Shown here piece by piece: positions 21,651 through 34,710 of a stretch of DNA of 64,000 bases; within the stretch, counting starts at the first letter, position 1; the number at the start of each line of letters is the position of its first letter. Under the pieces are notes generated by a model. It was not told the origin of the DNA and did not search any database. It was given only the letters and a program-made list of their open reading frames with translations. The DNA is from Lepidodermella squamata. Lineage: Eukaryota > Animalia > Gastrotricha. The stretch is taken from positions 2,415,063 to 2,479,062 of the forward strand of contig JBLDXI010000025.1 of assembly GCA_047495785.1 (NCBI GenBank), written 5' to 3'. The position numbers were made by a program, and so were the translations under genes.

Positions 21651-22661
21651 CTAATCATCATTTTCTAGAGTTTTGCAGAAAAGTCTCAGAAAAACTGTTA
21701 AGGTGCTAACAGAGGCGAGCCATGCGGAAAGATGACTAATTCGACCGGCGGCAGATAAAAGGTAAATCACGGGCACTTTTTCGAGATTGCTAACACTTCG
21801 ATGGCGTGAAATCGAGTTGTTGTGCGGAAAATTGACACTGCAGGTGCAAGAGCACTGCTCGTTGTTGATAGTGTCGCAATGGTCGATGTTGGCGCACATC
21901 TTGGCGAAATCCGCGCAGCCGTCAGCTAAGCACATCTTCCGCGTTCTATAACACATGAAAAGCGAGAAGAAAAACCGCGATTATCCTTAATGGAGAATAA
22001 ATAACAAAAAATTCGCATTACAGTATCGTTCTATCCCAAGTAATATTTCTTTCGGTTACACAGCCGACGCAAGACGGATCCTGTTCTTCGGCGTCGCTCG
22101 ACAAACAAGGCGGAGGTTCTTATATAGAAAAAATAAGTAGGAAAATTTATTAATGAATAAAAATATCGATATACTAGTGAATCGTGGAGATGTTTTTCCG
22201 TTGTCGTGATTGCAGAAATTCGTGGTGCAGCAAGAGCACTGTTGAGACGAATCATCCTGTATCTTGACATCGGCCGGAAATGTCTTTTCATTGTACTAAA
22301 AAAGGTGTTGAGCTAATTTTTCGCATAGATCTTAACATTTTCCTTACAAAGCAGTTGATTTGCAAACAGGTTCGCCCTGTCGAATCGCAAGACTGGTGAA
22401 CGATTCTGTTTAAATGAAATGAATAATTTAGTGATTTCGACGAATGGAAACTTGCTTCATGAGGTCGCCGAAAATATCGGTTTGAATTATGCTGAGACTC
22501 AAACACGCTGAGCAGCCATCCGTAACATTGTGCCAGCGGAACTTAACATCGCCCGAGGCGAGTTCTGTGTGAAGCCCTTCATAGCAGACAATTCCATGAA
22601 CTGCATGCGGTAGAATTATGCAACTAAAAAGAGCGACCAGTAACTTGACTCCGGCATTCAT
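21651..22661 (-). CDS. Secreted Cys-rich, probably GPI-anchored protein (Ly6/three-finger-like start), multi-exon
   Basis: Signal peptide MNAGVKLLVALFSCIILPHAVHG followed by IVCYEG..GCSACL. Downstream Cys-rich short exons (CDSTGRTCLQINCF; CYRTRKMCLADGC..C..C..CSCTC) and a hydrophobic C-terminal tail. Internal exon boundaries are not fully resolved. Confidence 0.6.
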
Positions 22662-23140
22662 TTTTCGAAAGACGGAGAATGCAAAACTTGAACTAGTCGT
22701 TTCTATCTGGCAGGCACGTGCCGCAACATGGCACATGATATTTCTGTACTAGCCCCAAAAACAAAGCCATTTCGGAAAATTCCTGCATTGATTATTCGAA
22801 CCGGTAAAAAACCCATAATGCGGCCATTAATTAAAACTGGGCCGGCACTTGCTGCTTGTGCCGGATTAATCAACAAAATCAATCATCCGCAACCAAACGG
22901 TAAACAACATCGTGCGATTGCCCTCGGCGAAAACAATCCAAAACTCATTTATTGGAATACTTCCTTCACTTTATTTATTTGAGTTCACAATCACACAAAC
23001 AGTTAAGTCACCGATGCTCATAAGAATAAGATTAGACTATTACATTAAAGCCCAGCTGATGTGCTCTCGGAACTCATTTCAACGAGGCGCAAGAATAAAC
23101 TGTCGAACTTTGCACACACACTAACAGGAATGTTCTCATT

Positions 23141-25314
23141 TCACTTTGCCTCTGCACTTTGTTGAGGCTGAGCAGCGTCGTCTTTCTTCTCCTTTGGCTC
23201 CTTTGGAGGCTTCGGCTTCTTCTCTTGTTTCGGGGCTTTTTCGCCACCCTGTTGCTTGCCCGGCTTCCCGCCCTTGGCGCCAGGCGCAGGGGCGGCGAGA
23301 GCTGCCGAGAAAGCCGCCGCAGCCTCGGCGCCGCCGAATTTGGCGCGGAACTGGGCGCACTGCGCATCCTCGATTTTCTGGAACAGCGGCGCCGGTTTGC
23401 CGATTTTGTGCCCGGCAGGCAGCAGCCGGCCAAGAGGCGGCGTCAGCTTGAAAGAGAGATCTACGTCTTCAATGCCCAACTGGCTGCGAATGGTTTTCGC
23501 CGTGTCAGGCATGTACGGCTCGAGGAGAGTCGCCAAAATGGCAACCATGTTACATGCAACACCAATAACCGTAGCAGCTCGGTTTTTGTCCTCATCAGAT
23601 CCTAATTAACATAATGTTGAGATATTTTTCCGATTGAATGATTTGTAAAATCACCTTTGAGGAGTTTCCAAGGCTCATTGATTTGCATGAAGCCGTTTCC
23701 GACCCGGGAAATTGATAAAATCGACTGAATACCGTCCTTTAGCTTCGACTTTTCGAGACTGTCAACGTAATTGCCGACCTCAGCCTCGATTTGACTGAGC
23801 GATTCGAGATCGCGGGTAGTCAGCTCAGCCAAGTCAGGCACAACTCCGCCCCAAGTTTTCTCACACATCGCCAGAGCTCGGTTGATGAAATTGCCAAGAT
23901 TGGCGAGCAGCTCCGAGTTGACCTTGGTGGCGAAATCGCCCCAGTTGAAAGTGGCATCGGAACTTTCAGGTCGAATGTACAGAAGGTAGAAACGCCAGTA
24001 GTCATTCGGGATGCCGGTGGACTGGACATCGGTGCCGAAGACGCCAACGCCACGGCTCTTCGAGAACTTGCCCTCCTCGTAATTCAAGTACTCAGTGGCG
24101 ACCAGGTGGTTGACTAGGGTAAATCCATCATCAGCGCCTAGCAGCGATGACGGGAAAATAATGCTATGGAATGGCACATTGTCCTTGGCCATGAAATTGT
24201 ATAGTTGAACTTCGTTCGGGTTCTTCCACCATTTCTCCCAGTGTTCAGTGTAGTTGGCCGTGATCGAAATGTAACCGATCGGCGCATCAAACCACACGTA
24301 GAAAACCTTGTCGGTAAATCCTTCCAACGGGCAAGGAGTGCCCCATTTCAAATCACGAGTGATACAACGCGGCTGAAATAACGAAATCTGAACAATTCCA
24401 CCTTAAAAGTAATCGATTCTCTCACCTTGAGACCTTCTTTCAGCCACGCCCTCGCAATCAGTTTCGCGTTGTCCGTCCAGTCACCCGTGCTGGTCGACTG
24501 GTCGAGGAACTTGGTAAGTTTATCCTCGATTTTTGGCAAATCCAGGAATAAATGGGTGGTCGAACGAGCGTGCGGCGTGTTAGCGCAAACTTTACACCGC
24601 GGTTCAATCAACTCGACAGCGTTGCAAAGTTTACCGCAACCGTCGCATTGGTCTCCTCGGGCGTTGTTGTACTTGCACGACGGGCATGTACCCTCAACGA
24701 ACCGATCGGCCAGGTACAGCTGGCAAGTCTCGCAAAACAGCTGTTCGATTGCATCGGTCAGGATAAATCCGTTCCGGTGTAATTTCCAGAAAATATCCTG
24801 AGAAATCGCTGTTTGTTTATCCGTGGTGGTGCGACCGAAGTAGTCGAAAGATATGTTGAACCACGAATACACATCTCGGTGAATCGCGTGATACTTATCA
24901 CAGATCTGGCGGGGAGTCACCTTTTCCTCAAGGGCTTTTGTTTCTGTGGCAGTTCCGTACTCATCGGTCCCGCAAATGTAAAGCGTGTTGTAACCGCGCA
25001 GGCGACAAAACCTCGCGTAAATGTCAGCCGAGAGGACGCATCCAATAATATTACCTAGAAAATAATAGGTGATAGAATTTCGAGCTATTTCATTCTCTAG
25101 TCTAACCTAAATGTGGGACGTTGTTAACATATGGTAGGGCGCTTGTGATCAGAATATTCCGGGCGCCAGCTATTGGCAGCAATCGTTTAGAAGTGTCTTC
25201 TCCATTCGTGCCAGCCGGCGGCATAGACGATAGCCGCTCGGCGACTGGCGACTTGTTGGCCCAGCGGGTGCGAAGGTCGGCGACAACCGACTCGGTGAGT
25301 TCGACGGCCGACAT
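23141..25314 (-). CDS. MARS1: Cytoplasmic methionyl-tRNA synthetase, 4 exons
   Basis: [19 protein letters not shown] (HIGH motif), Zn knuckle ([21 protein letters not shown]), [27 protein letters not shown] (KMSKS) and PAPLFQKIE. Short N-terminus and Lys-rich tail. Confidence 0.97.
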
Positions 25315-26077
25315 GCGTCGATAGAAACGAACTAATGACTTTAAAACCGACGTGACACTGCGATCAATAAAAGCCTATTTTCAACAAAAATATAATTTTA
25401 TTCGCAAAAGCTACAGCAAAAATCGTGGATTTTTTCCAAGGCGTAAATTGCCATTTCAGCCAACACAACAGATTTCATTGCTCAATACCAATCATCTTCA
25501 TCATCATCGATTCTCATATCAGCAAGCTACGTCCAACTCCTGGCTCACCATATAATACGTAGCGGAATGGTTTATCGCACGATTTCAGTTAGTTATACAC
25601 ACCGTTTTTTAATAAAGATTAGACGCAAAAAGAGTTTCTCTTTACAACAACTGCAATGATAAGTCTCAACAAAAAATTATGCATAGTTGGCACCGCTCTA
25701 CACAATAAACTTTCTTTTATCACTACTGGCTGTAGCAGGTGATGGGTGAACTAAAGCGGTAGACCAATCATGTTTTGATCAACCACACGAAAATTAACCA
25801 CGTATAGATGATCACAATTGGCGGATCTCGTTCTCTCTGGGAAAATGAAACGCACTCAAACGCACACAAAATAAGAATATTAACAAAAGAAACAAGGGAG
25901 AACTTAATCATCATTCGCGAGTCGCAATATTAAGGTATCATATAAAAATCCGAAACCTGATGAGGTGGAATTATTCATTTTTGTTGTAAGCTTTTATACA
26001 TCAACGCACCGCCTGGAAGATACAGACATAGTTCGTTATTTCTTTCGATTTATCTATCGCAGTTTATATTGCTTCAT

Positions 26078-27443
26078 TTACTGGCTTTTGGCTGTAGCGT
26101 TTTTGTGGATGCACGATTGGGGGATCTTGAGCGCTTTCGGGACCTCCCACGTGAACAGACCACCCTCTTCGCGGCCGAAGTGACCGTAGCAGGCAGTTTT
26201 ACGGTAGATCGGGCGACGCAGCTGCAAATCGCGGATGATGTGGCCAGGGCGGAAGTCGAAGTTGTTCAGCAGGACGTCACGCAAATCAGCAGCCGTTAGA
26301 CCCGTCTTGGCAGTGCCGTAGTGGAAAACAGTCACCGAGATAGGCTCAGGGTGGCCGATGGCGTACGACAACTGAACGAGGCAGCGACGGGCCAAGCCAG
26401 CCGCTACGAGCGACTTGGCTGCCCAGCGAGCAGCGTATGCAGCAGAGCGATCGACCTTCGATGGGTCCTTGCCTGATAGAAAATAAGCATGGCTTAACTT
26501 GAACTAAGAAAATAATGATTGTAAATTACCAGAGAAAGCACCACCGCCATGAGCACCCCAACCGCCGTAAGTGTCGACAATAATTTTACGACCGGTAAGA
26601 CCAGCGTCGCCTTTCGGGCCGCCAACAATGAAAGAGCCACTGGGATTGAGGAAGAACTCGGTTTTATCGGTGAGTAGATTGGCCGGAACGACGGGCTTGA
26701 TGACATGTTCCATCAGGTCCTTTTTGAGCTGGTCGAGGGTAACGGTCGGGCGGTGCTGCGTCGAAATGACAATGGCAGTGACGCGCACAGGCACCGCAGC
26801 TCCGTGATCAGGCTTGTATTCGATTGTCACCTGGGTCTTTGTATCAGGCAGTGCCCACGGCAGAGTACCGTCGCGGCGCTTATCTGCTAAGCGCTTATTG
26901 AGACGGTGAGACAGAACCAGGGTGAGCGGCATCATTTCGGGGGTTTCATCGGTGGCGTAACCGAACATCATGCCTTGGTCGCCAGCACCGAGATTGGCAT
27001 CGTCCTTGTCGACATGGACAGCTTGAGCAATTTCACCACTCTGTCCTTCGACGAGGACTCGAACTTGGCAGGTCCGGTAATCAATGCCAGTTTCGGCATC
27101 ATCAAAACCGATCTCGCGAACGGTTTCGCGGGCGATTTTCTCCAAGTCAATGTGAGCTTTGCCTGAAACAACGTATAATCGGTAAACTATAGAATGATTA
27201 AACGGCATTAATTATGCTACCGTTGAATGTCACTTCGCCAAAAACATTAATTTCGTTCGATTTGGCAGCAACTTCGCAAGCAACTTTCGCTTCCGGGTCA
27301 ACGGCGAGCATAGCATCCAAAACGGCGTCACTGATCTGGTCACACAGTTTGTCAGGGTGGCCCTCGCCAACAGACTCTGAGGTGAACAGGAAAGTACCGT
27401 CCTGGACCATCCAGCCTGCAACTTCAGAAATGCCGTCAGCCAT
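26078..27443 (-). CDS. MAT: S-adenosylmethionine synthetase (methionine adenosyltransferase), 3 coding exons
   Basis: [65 protein letters not shown]|[12 protein letters not shown] and [10 protein letters not shown] motifs. Confidence 0.98.
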
Positions 27444-30094
27444 CGAAGACTAGCAATTAAAAATAATCTAACTTTTGGAAAGAGAAAATAGACAATGTTC
27501 TCTATTCGTAAGAGCAAGCTTTCAGACAGGAAAGGCTCAACGCCAAAACAGCCCACACCTTCGCGCAAACACATCTGATAACACGAGCCAATCCCCTGAT
27601 GCAATCACGCGTATTAGGCAATCCTAATTTCAACCTGTTTCTAGGAATAATACAAATACCCTATTGTGAACATAACACACACGACGTCACGTTATGTGTG
27701 GTGAAACTTCAAGTTAGTTTTTTTATAACTCGGCCAAAAACAGCGCAGGCTAGCTCAACGCGGGGCTACATGCCAAATCGGGTTTTGAATAATGTATCAA
27801 CTTCCAGCGTTTTTATCAGACAAAAGACAGCCGGGAAATATTTCGCACTTAAACAGTGCAACTGGCACGTGAACGCAAATTCAAAAAAATGCTAATTAGG
27901 CGGACAAAAAATGAAGTTACCCGATCCGCCACTGAGGAAAAAATATTTTTTTCCGCTCAGGCCATGTGATTATTATAAATTTCGAGGTTCGTAAGCTAGA
28001 TTTCAAACTAATACAATTAAGATACTGACCCAAGAGGAAATGAACATTAGCGCAACTCAGTACCGAAGTGCTTAATTGTTCTCGACAAGGTGAATAAATC
28101 TAAAATTGATCCCAGGAATGATATTACCAAATTATAATGCAAATTTATCCCTATTAACAGGAATTTAAGACAGGAAAGCTAAATTTATAGGTAGCTGGTA
28201 GCTGTAAGCTGTAAGAAACGCTAATTGCCCACGTTAACACTGGATATTAACTAGCAAGACTTTCATCGGCAAATCATAATCAATGCTAATTTCTATAAAA
28301 AATGACCAAAGGTGCGAAAAGGAGAAACGGATACTGAGATTTCACATTTGGAACCATTGCTGGAAAGAGTAACAGCGTTTACCAAAGGAAGCTACCCAGT
28401 AATCGATGATCTGGAGCCCCACTTGAAGACACTTCAAGTAAAAAAGCCCAAAACGTTCAATATAAACTATATCAACTCTTGAAAAATTCGAAAATATAAG
28501 TATTTCAGCGCAACATACTTACATGTTATAAGTTAGATCGTTGCTGTTGAAAGAATCTTTTGGACAAAGGAAATGTCCAAAGTGCAAGTCGATCAGCCCT
28601 TCGCCCTCTTAGCTCTTAGCCTGCTATCAAACAAAAAACCAACTCAACAGATTTTCAGCCAAGCTTTGCTGACCCTCAACCAGGATAAATAAACACAATA
28701 AACAGATAAACCCATGAACACAGTCTGGAGTCGGGATGATGCAGCGAATGGCTAATGGCTATAAAGAAGGCAAGACGCAAAATTAGTGCTCACCGGATGC
28801 TTGGGATGTCATAGGTCATAGCTATAGCCAAACTTATTAGCAGTATCATTCAAAGCAAAAAAATTATATGCGGTAGCAAAAATATCATCCCGATTAAGAG
28901 AAGTCATATGAAGCATCATTGCCAATTTGCCAAATTGAGCATAGCGCACTGATTTGCATAGCTTGTCAATAACCCCAGCGAAAGCGAAAAGGTGGAGTGA
29001 TTCATTAATTAATTCAGGTAAAGTGTTATTTTTTGTAAAATTGTGAAATCATCGTTTATTTGGTTGCCAGTCATCAGTCATCAGTCGCAGGGGTCAGAAG
29101 GGAGAGGATGAGAGACGAGATTGGGTCAAATGACGGGCTCGTTGCAACACTATGATTATAGCGAGCCCCATTTGACGTAATCTCTGAAAAATTATTTAAA
29201 AATTATTTTTAATCCATTTTAATATTGGTTGAAAACAACATTCTTGACTGAATTTGAAATTAATTTTATTTAGGATTCTCAAAACCGTTTGATAAACATG
29301 CTGCAAACTCGTGATCGATGTGATGTCCTCACCCACTCGTTTACCTGCGGGCTGCGGGCATCTTGTTCATTTGGCTTAGCCACCTCAATGTCCCAATATG
29401 ACGTAAAATGAGATTAAATCTAGGTGAGAATATACGTGATCGGCAGCATGCTATAGGGAAGAAACCATTCATGTAGGTACGTTTACGTGGAGGTTGAAGC
29501 TTGAAAGTGATACAGTCAGACGTTAGCTGTAATTAATGATGAGTGATAGAAAGGAAATCATCTGCCCATTAATCACCATTTTATCGGCGATTCACAATTT
29601 TCAATTTTAATCCATCAATTTAGTTATTGATACACTTGTTGGTGATATTTGCGTATTTCGTGCAATATTCAATCAGTGGCACTCACCTCTCGCTTATCTT
29701 TTTGGTTCTACTTTTACATAGTACATAAAACCCACTCTGGAATTACTCAGTGGCGTCCTCTTCACCTGGCTGTCCTCTTTAAAAATGACTAATTTGTCGT
29801 CAGCTCATAAAGTGCGGCACCGCAGCTCAGATAGTGTCGAAATGCTAGGGCTTCCGAGCTAGCGAACCACTAGTGTAATTCTCGAAAGAAGAAGGGCCCG
29901 AAACACTTACCCCGTCTCATTTAATGATTTATCGCTGTCTTTTGGATCTTCTGTGCGTCCTAAAATCATTAATGACCAGCTTCTGAGAGCACTGCCGAAA
30001 GCAGAACACAAATACACATTTTTGTTCACATAGTAGAGGTTACTCATCACCTTACACCTTACTTCTACTGTTTATGTAAGTATACGCTTACTAG

Positions 30095-30239
30095 TTGCCA
30101 GGTTTCCAGAGCAATAACTGTGGATGCGGCGACCTTGAGTCATAGCTCATTCGATATATAACTTGTGAATTTATATATCGAATGACCGATATCTGAAGGT
30201 CGTCGCGTAGTTATTGCTCATGCTCTGGACCTCTTGCAA
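30095..30239. other. Long imperfect hairpin (~140 nt) just upstream of NOC3L
   Basis: Nested stems: TCATTCGATATATAA (30147-61)/TTATATATCGAATGA (30171-85), a perfect 15 bp; GCGGCGACCTT/AAGGTCGTCGC; GAGCAATAACT/AGTTATTGCTC; TCCAGAG/CTCTGGA. Confidence 0.75.
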
Positions 30240-30293
30240 AAGCAGATATATGCACTACCCTGTACTCATCGTATTAGTCTGATAATTTTTAGG

Positions 30294-32768
30294 ATGGTTA
30301 TTATCGAAGAAAAGTACGAGGCGAAGCAACGAAAGCGAGCTTTGGAATCAGCTGATGCCGAAGAGAAAGTTGCTCGAACGCTTCTACCCGTCAAAATCGG
30401 AAGAACCGTTAAAGCTAACGCTTTGAATAAGCATATCCAAGCTAAAAGTTCAGTTCCAGAGGAAAGCCACAATGAAAGTAATAGAATGATCCATTAAGAC
30501 TTGTACCTATGGTCCTAACTTGATTTTGCAGGTGCTAACGAAGATGAGACAGCTGAAAAGAAGCCCGCTTCTCTGGTTTATATCTATGCCGAGACACTGG
30601 CAAAGGCCGCTGAGAAGCGGCGTATAATTGCTGTATCTGCGAGCAAAATCCTCGAGAGTCCTCAGACAGAAATCGGAAGGTTAAAGGAAATGCAATCTGT
30701 TCTCGAGTCGATTGATGTGCGCTGTCAAGCAAAATTGTGGATGTTTGCGACAGCCACGATTTGCGAATTATTCAAGGACATCCTACCAAGCTACCGCATT
30801 CGAATTGCTACAGAGGCTGAGAAAAAGCAACGTGCTAAAAAAGAAACGAAACAACTCCGTCAGCACGAAGAGCAAATGCTATCAGGCTATAAACAGTAAG
30901 TAAAGAATCTTTGAAAATGCCAATAATTTGTTGAATGTCTACAGCTACTTGGCCTACATGGAGAGGCATCTGCCTAAGAAATTGCTTGCCTTATTGAAGC
31001 CATTCAATGTGCCGAAACAAGCATCGACTCGACTGTGCTGTGTTGTCGTTCGTTGCTTTGGCGAGCTGTTAGTTGCACGACCCTCGTTCAATTTTTCTCA
31101 AAATATCCTTCGTGTGATCATACCTCTGATGAATTCAGGAGTCAATGAAATCTCAGAGCTTGCATGCCAATTTATCGGATCGCTATTCCAAGTCGATAAA
31201 ACTCGCGAAGTAGCTATTGAGGCAGTGAGAGTGATTTGCAAATACGTTAAAAAACACAAGTATGCTGTTCGTCCTGATATGATCAAAGTTTTCACTAAGC
31301 TGAAAATTCGCGAAGTTGACTTTAACGCCCCTACTCGGGAGCGTGAGGAAAAACGGCTGCGGCGTTTGAAGTTCAAGCTTCTTTCAAAGAAGGAGCAAAA
31401 AAAGCAAAAAGATCTTGATAAAGTCAATAAGCAACTTGAAGCAGCTGGAGCTGTGGAAAACGAGAAGAAAAAACTCGGACTGGTAAGTTGAAAGAATTAG
31501 CATGTAAACATTTCCGTAACACATTGTTTGTTTAAAGCAAACTCAAATCGTCGAGCAATTGTTCAGCGTTTATTTCTTCGTGCTCAAAACCGCGGCTTCG
31601 TCGTCAAGCAATGGCGCGGATACCCCACTTCTGTCTGCCGTTCTTGAAGGAATGGCGAATTTCTCTTGCTTCATGAGCGTGGATTATTACGATGATCTAT
31701 TCAGAACGCTCGGCATTCTGCTCGAATCTGGGGTAAGTAAACTTGTCGCATTTCTTGCCGAGGTTTTATTGATATTTGCAGAAACTGTCGGCTCATGAAT
31801 CTTTAAACTGCATTCGATCGGCTTTCAAAATGATGCAAGGCGACGGAGAAGCGTTAGACGTGGACCCCGCCCGATTCTATCGACACCTGTTCATCCTGCT
31901 GACAACTGGTGACTTCAGCCGCTGGCCGGTCGACGATTTCACCGCGATGCTGGAATGCCTAGACTTTATGCTGGTCAAGCGTCGAAAGCATTTGTCTGAC
32001 GAACGGTTATTCGCCTTTGCGAAACGGATCGCAACTGCTGCGTTGGCTTGCGCGCCAGAGAGCGCTTACTCTCTTGCTTTGATAACATTCTTACGGACTC
32101 TTTTCGGCATTTTCCCTTCTCTGGACCGCCTCCTCGACCCGAGCCCTTATCGGCCTGGCGGGATCTACCGCCCGGATGTCGAAGACCCCGAGCATTGTTC
32201 GGCCGAGGGATCTTTCTTGTATGAACTTACGCTGCTGCAATCCTCAGCTTGCCAACCGCTGGCGGCTTTTTCAACCAAATTTGCCTACGAGCATCTAACA
32301 TCAGCAGCAGACGCAGAAAACAAGAAGAACCCGAAGAAATTCGATTCCTCAATTAACCTTGAAGCTTACTGCCGAATGTATGCTAGTTATAAATCGAGAT
32401 TTTCCGTTTTTTATTCATTTTCTATATTTAGGTCTCCAAAAGAAATATTTGGTCGTCATTCACTGGTGGCTGACCTGGCCGCTTGCGAAGAAAAGGGCCG
32501 GAAGGCAGAAGCTAACGAAGCAAAGGCAGCTAATCCTGGAAAGAAGAAGGCGAAACCCAAGCTGGTCAGTAATCTCGTCAACAACGTGCAGCTGAGCAGC
32601 TTCAATCCTAAACTGGCACCTGGGGCTCTGAAAAAATCTACCAAGAAAAACGATACAGTTGATGCTCAACAATGGAACCGGAAAACTCGACGTGCTTATC
32701 GATTCGGTAAAAAGCCGATCAATCATAATGCTGCAAGTAACGAAAAATTGAAGAAAGGGAAGAAATGA
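30294..32768 (+). CDS. NOC3L: Nucleolar complex protein 3 homologue, multi-exon
   Basis: LLPVK; IAVSASKILESPQ; LFKDILPSYRIR; FNFSQNIL; PLLSAVLEGMANFS; LDVDPARFYRHLF; ERLFAFAKRIAT; YRPDVEDPEHCSAE. All match the NOC3/CBF-Mak21 pattern. Confidence 0.92.
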
Positions 32769-32955
32769 GGACTTCATTCTCCTCAAATATATTGTGCAAC
32801 TCTGCATTCAATTTTTGTAAAAATAATAAAATTATGACGGAATGAAACAGTTTCTTTTATTTTTGGCCGCGTAAAAAACACAAAAAATGATTTTGTTAAA
32901 GCTGCTGTTGACAACCATAGCGTGAAAGCGCCTGAACAAAGATATGGAAATATGG

Positions 32956-34710
32956 TCATCTTTTGCTCTTGTCTCTCGTATGAAGAATATAATGCTTCCC
33001 TTTCATGAAGCTGCAAGAAAAACATGTTGAATGATAGCTCATGTCAAGGTATGCCAACCTGAATTTATCTTGCGCCTTTATTGCTTCGGTATTTGGATCT
33101 GTGCCCGGAGTTTGGTCGCCCCATTGAGATGGGTCTATTATTTGAAATATAGCTATTTCTATCACAGATTTGTCAAAGGAAACGTACCAGGCCATAAATC
33201 TGAAATGAAAGCCGAATTAACAAGAGTTAGTTTTGAATCGTTTCAACTTACCGAGGTTCCACTTTTTGGAAAGAAGACTAAGAATACTTTGATCATTGCG
33301 ATGACCTCGAAGTCGATAATTTTGCTTTTCAAAGAGTTTGAAATCCTCATTTGATATGACGCGATAATCCTGTGCGTATGTCAACCATTCGAGAACGAAT
33401 CGAACACTTCGATGAGATTTCCGAAGTATCACAAAAGTGCCGCTTCTTTGCCAGGTGTTACGGCACTCTGGGGTGACACACCCCAACATCATAAACGCAT
33501 CTTCCTTGGTGAAGTCCTTTTCGGCTAGGCCAACAGAAAATACTGCAATGTCCTCGTCCAACCGAACCTTCAGAAAAATACAGGATAAAACAGCGATAGT
33601 ACCATCAAAAACACGACCATTTGACACAAAACTGTCGATTCAATGTCCTTTATGAATTCGGTGCCAGCATCTGAGTAGAAAATGATGTCCCCTTCGCGTA
33701 AAGCTAGTAGAGTTCGGTATATGATATATGGTTTCCATGCCCAGAGACCTTTATTTAAATAAAAATCGATTTTAAAATCCCAATGAAAATGCTAAAGGTT
33801 TACCTGCACCAGGTTGAGCATTTAAAATCTGACAATTTTTTGTGGCGAATTCCTTGTCAATAGCCTGTAATTCGACACGAATTTAAGAGAGGAATAAAAG
33901 TATTCATCAGATTCAATTGTTTACCGATTCGTTGAACGCGAGGCACACGTCAAACCCGCCTTTTTGCAGGCCTGACCGGCAATTGCGGTGTTGACTGGCT
34001 CGACAACATCCGCTGCCGGCATAATTGACCAGAACTCGCCGACCTTCAATCAGCGAACAGCGATCACGTTTGATTGTAATTGTTGTTGTATTATCCTCGG
34101 GCTCAATGAAGCGACACTGCTCCAAAAATCTTTTGTTGAAAAAAACAATCAATTCAACTAATTAAATTTGATTTATCGGCCCTTACGAAGTGTCGATTTT
34201 TAGATCTTTGTAAACAGGGTCAAGCCAATGTTCGGTATTCATCTCGAGTTTCGACGGTAGAATTTCGCCGTCGCAGCCAGTCGTGTTCAATGTAAAAGCA
34301 GTAACAAACTCGACTGGAGATTTGGAGAAGTTGTAGAATTGAGGATTTAGTTTGCAGAGAGATGCCTGAGCGTCGAAGACAGGATGAAGCTCGTCGTGAA
34401 AACGTTTAAGCAAAACTTCTGGTGGCAGAGGGACCACTTTTCCATCGACAATTTTAATATCCGGCATCGCAGGTGGATCGTAGTCGAACGGGTATGGATT
34501 ATCGAAGTTGAATGCTCGTTGCACCAGTATCATTGGCGGTTTGATGATGAGTTGGATGATCAGGAGTACAAGTAAGATACCACATCCGGCAGCGACAGCC
34601 GCCAGCTGAAGCGTCGAAAAACGACGCGCGAACCTTACGAAGAGCGCCGTCGTGCCTCGTGGTTTGATGAACTTAAACTTAAATCTAGAATAAACGTCCG
34701 GGAACAGCAT
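32956..34710 (-). CDS. Type II membrane glycosyltransferase-like protein (GT-A; WKP...YxDxG...HRxDQS family), paralogue 1, ~8 exons
   Basis: N-terminal TM; LVNYAGSGCC..GGFD; GAGLWAWKPYII..GDIIFYSDAG; FTKEDAF; FVLEWLTYAQD; HRNDQSILSLL. 12-nt micro-exon at 33188-33199. Confidence 0.75.

Noticed and set aside
25315-30290. METTL16-type UACAGARAA regulatory hairpin or SAM riboswitch near MAT
   Set aside because: No matching motif found by eye on the MAT sense strand.
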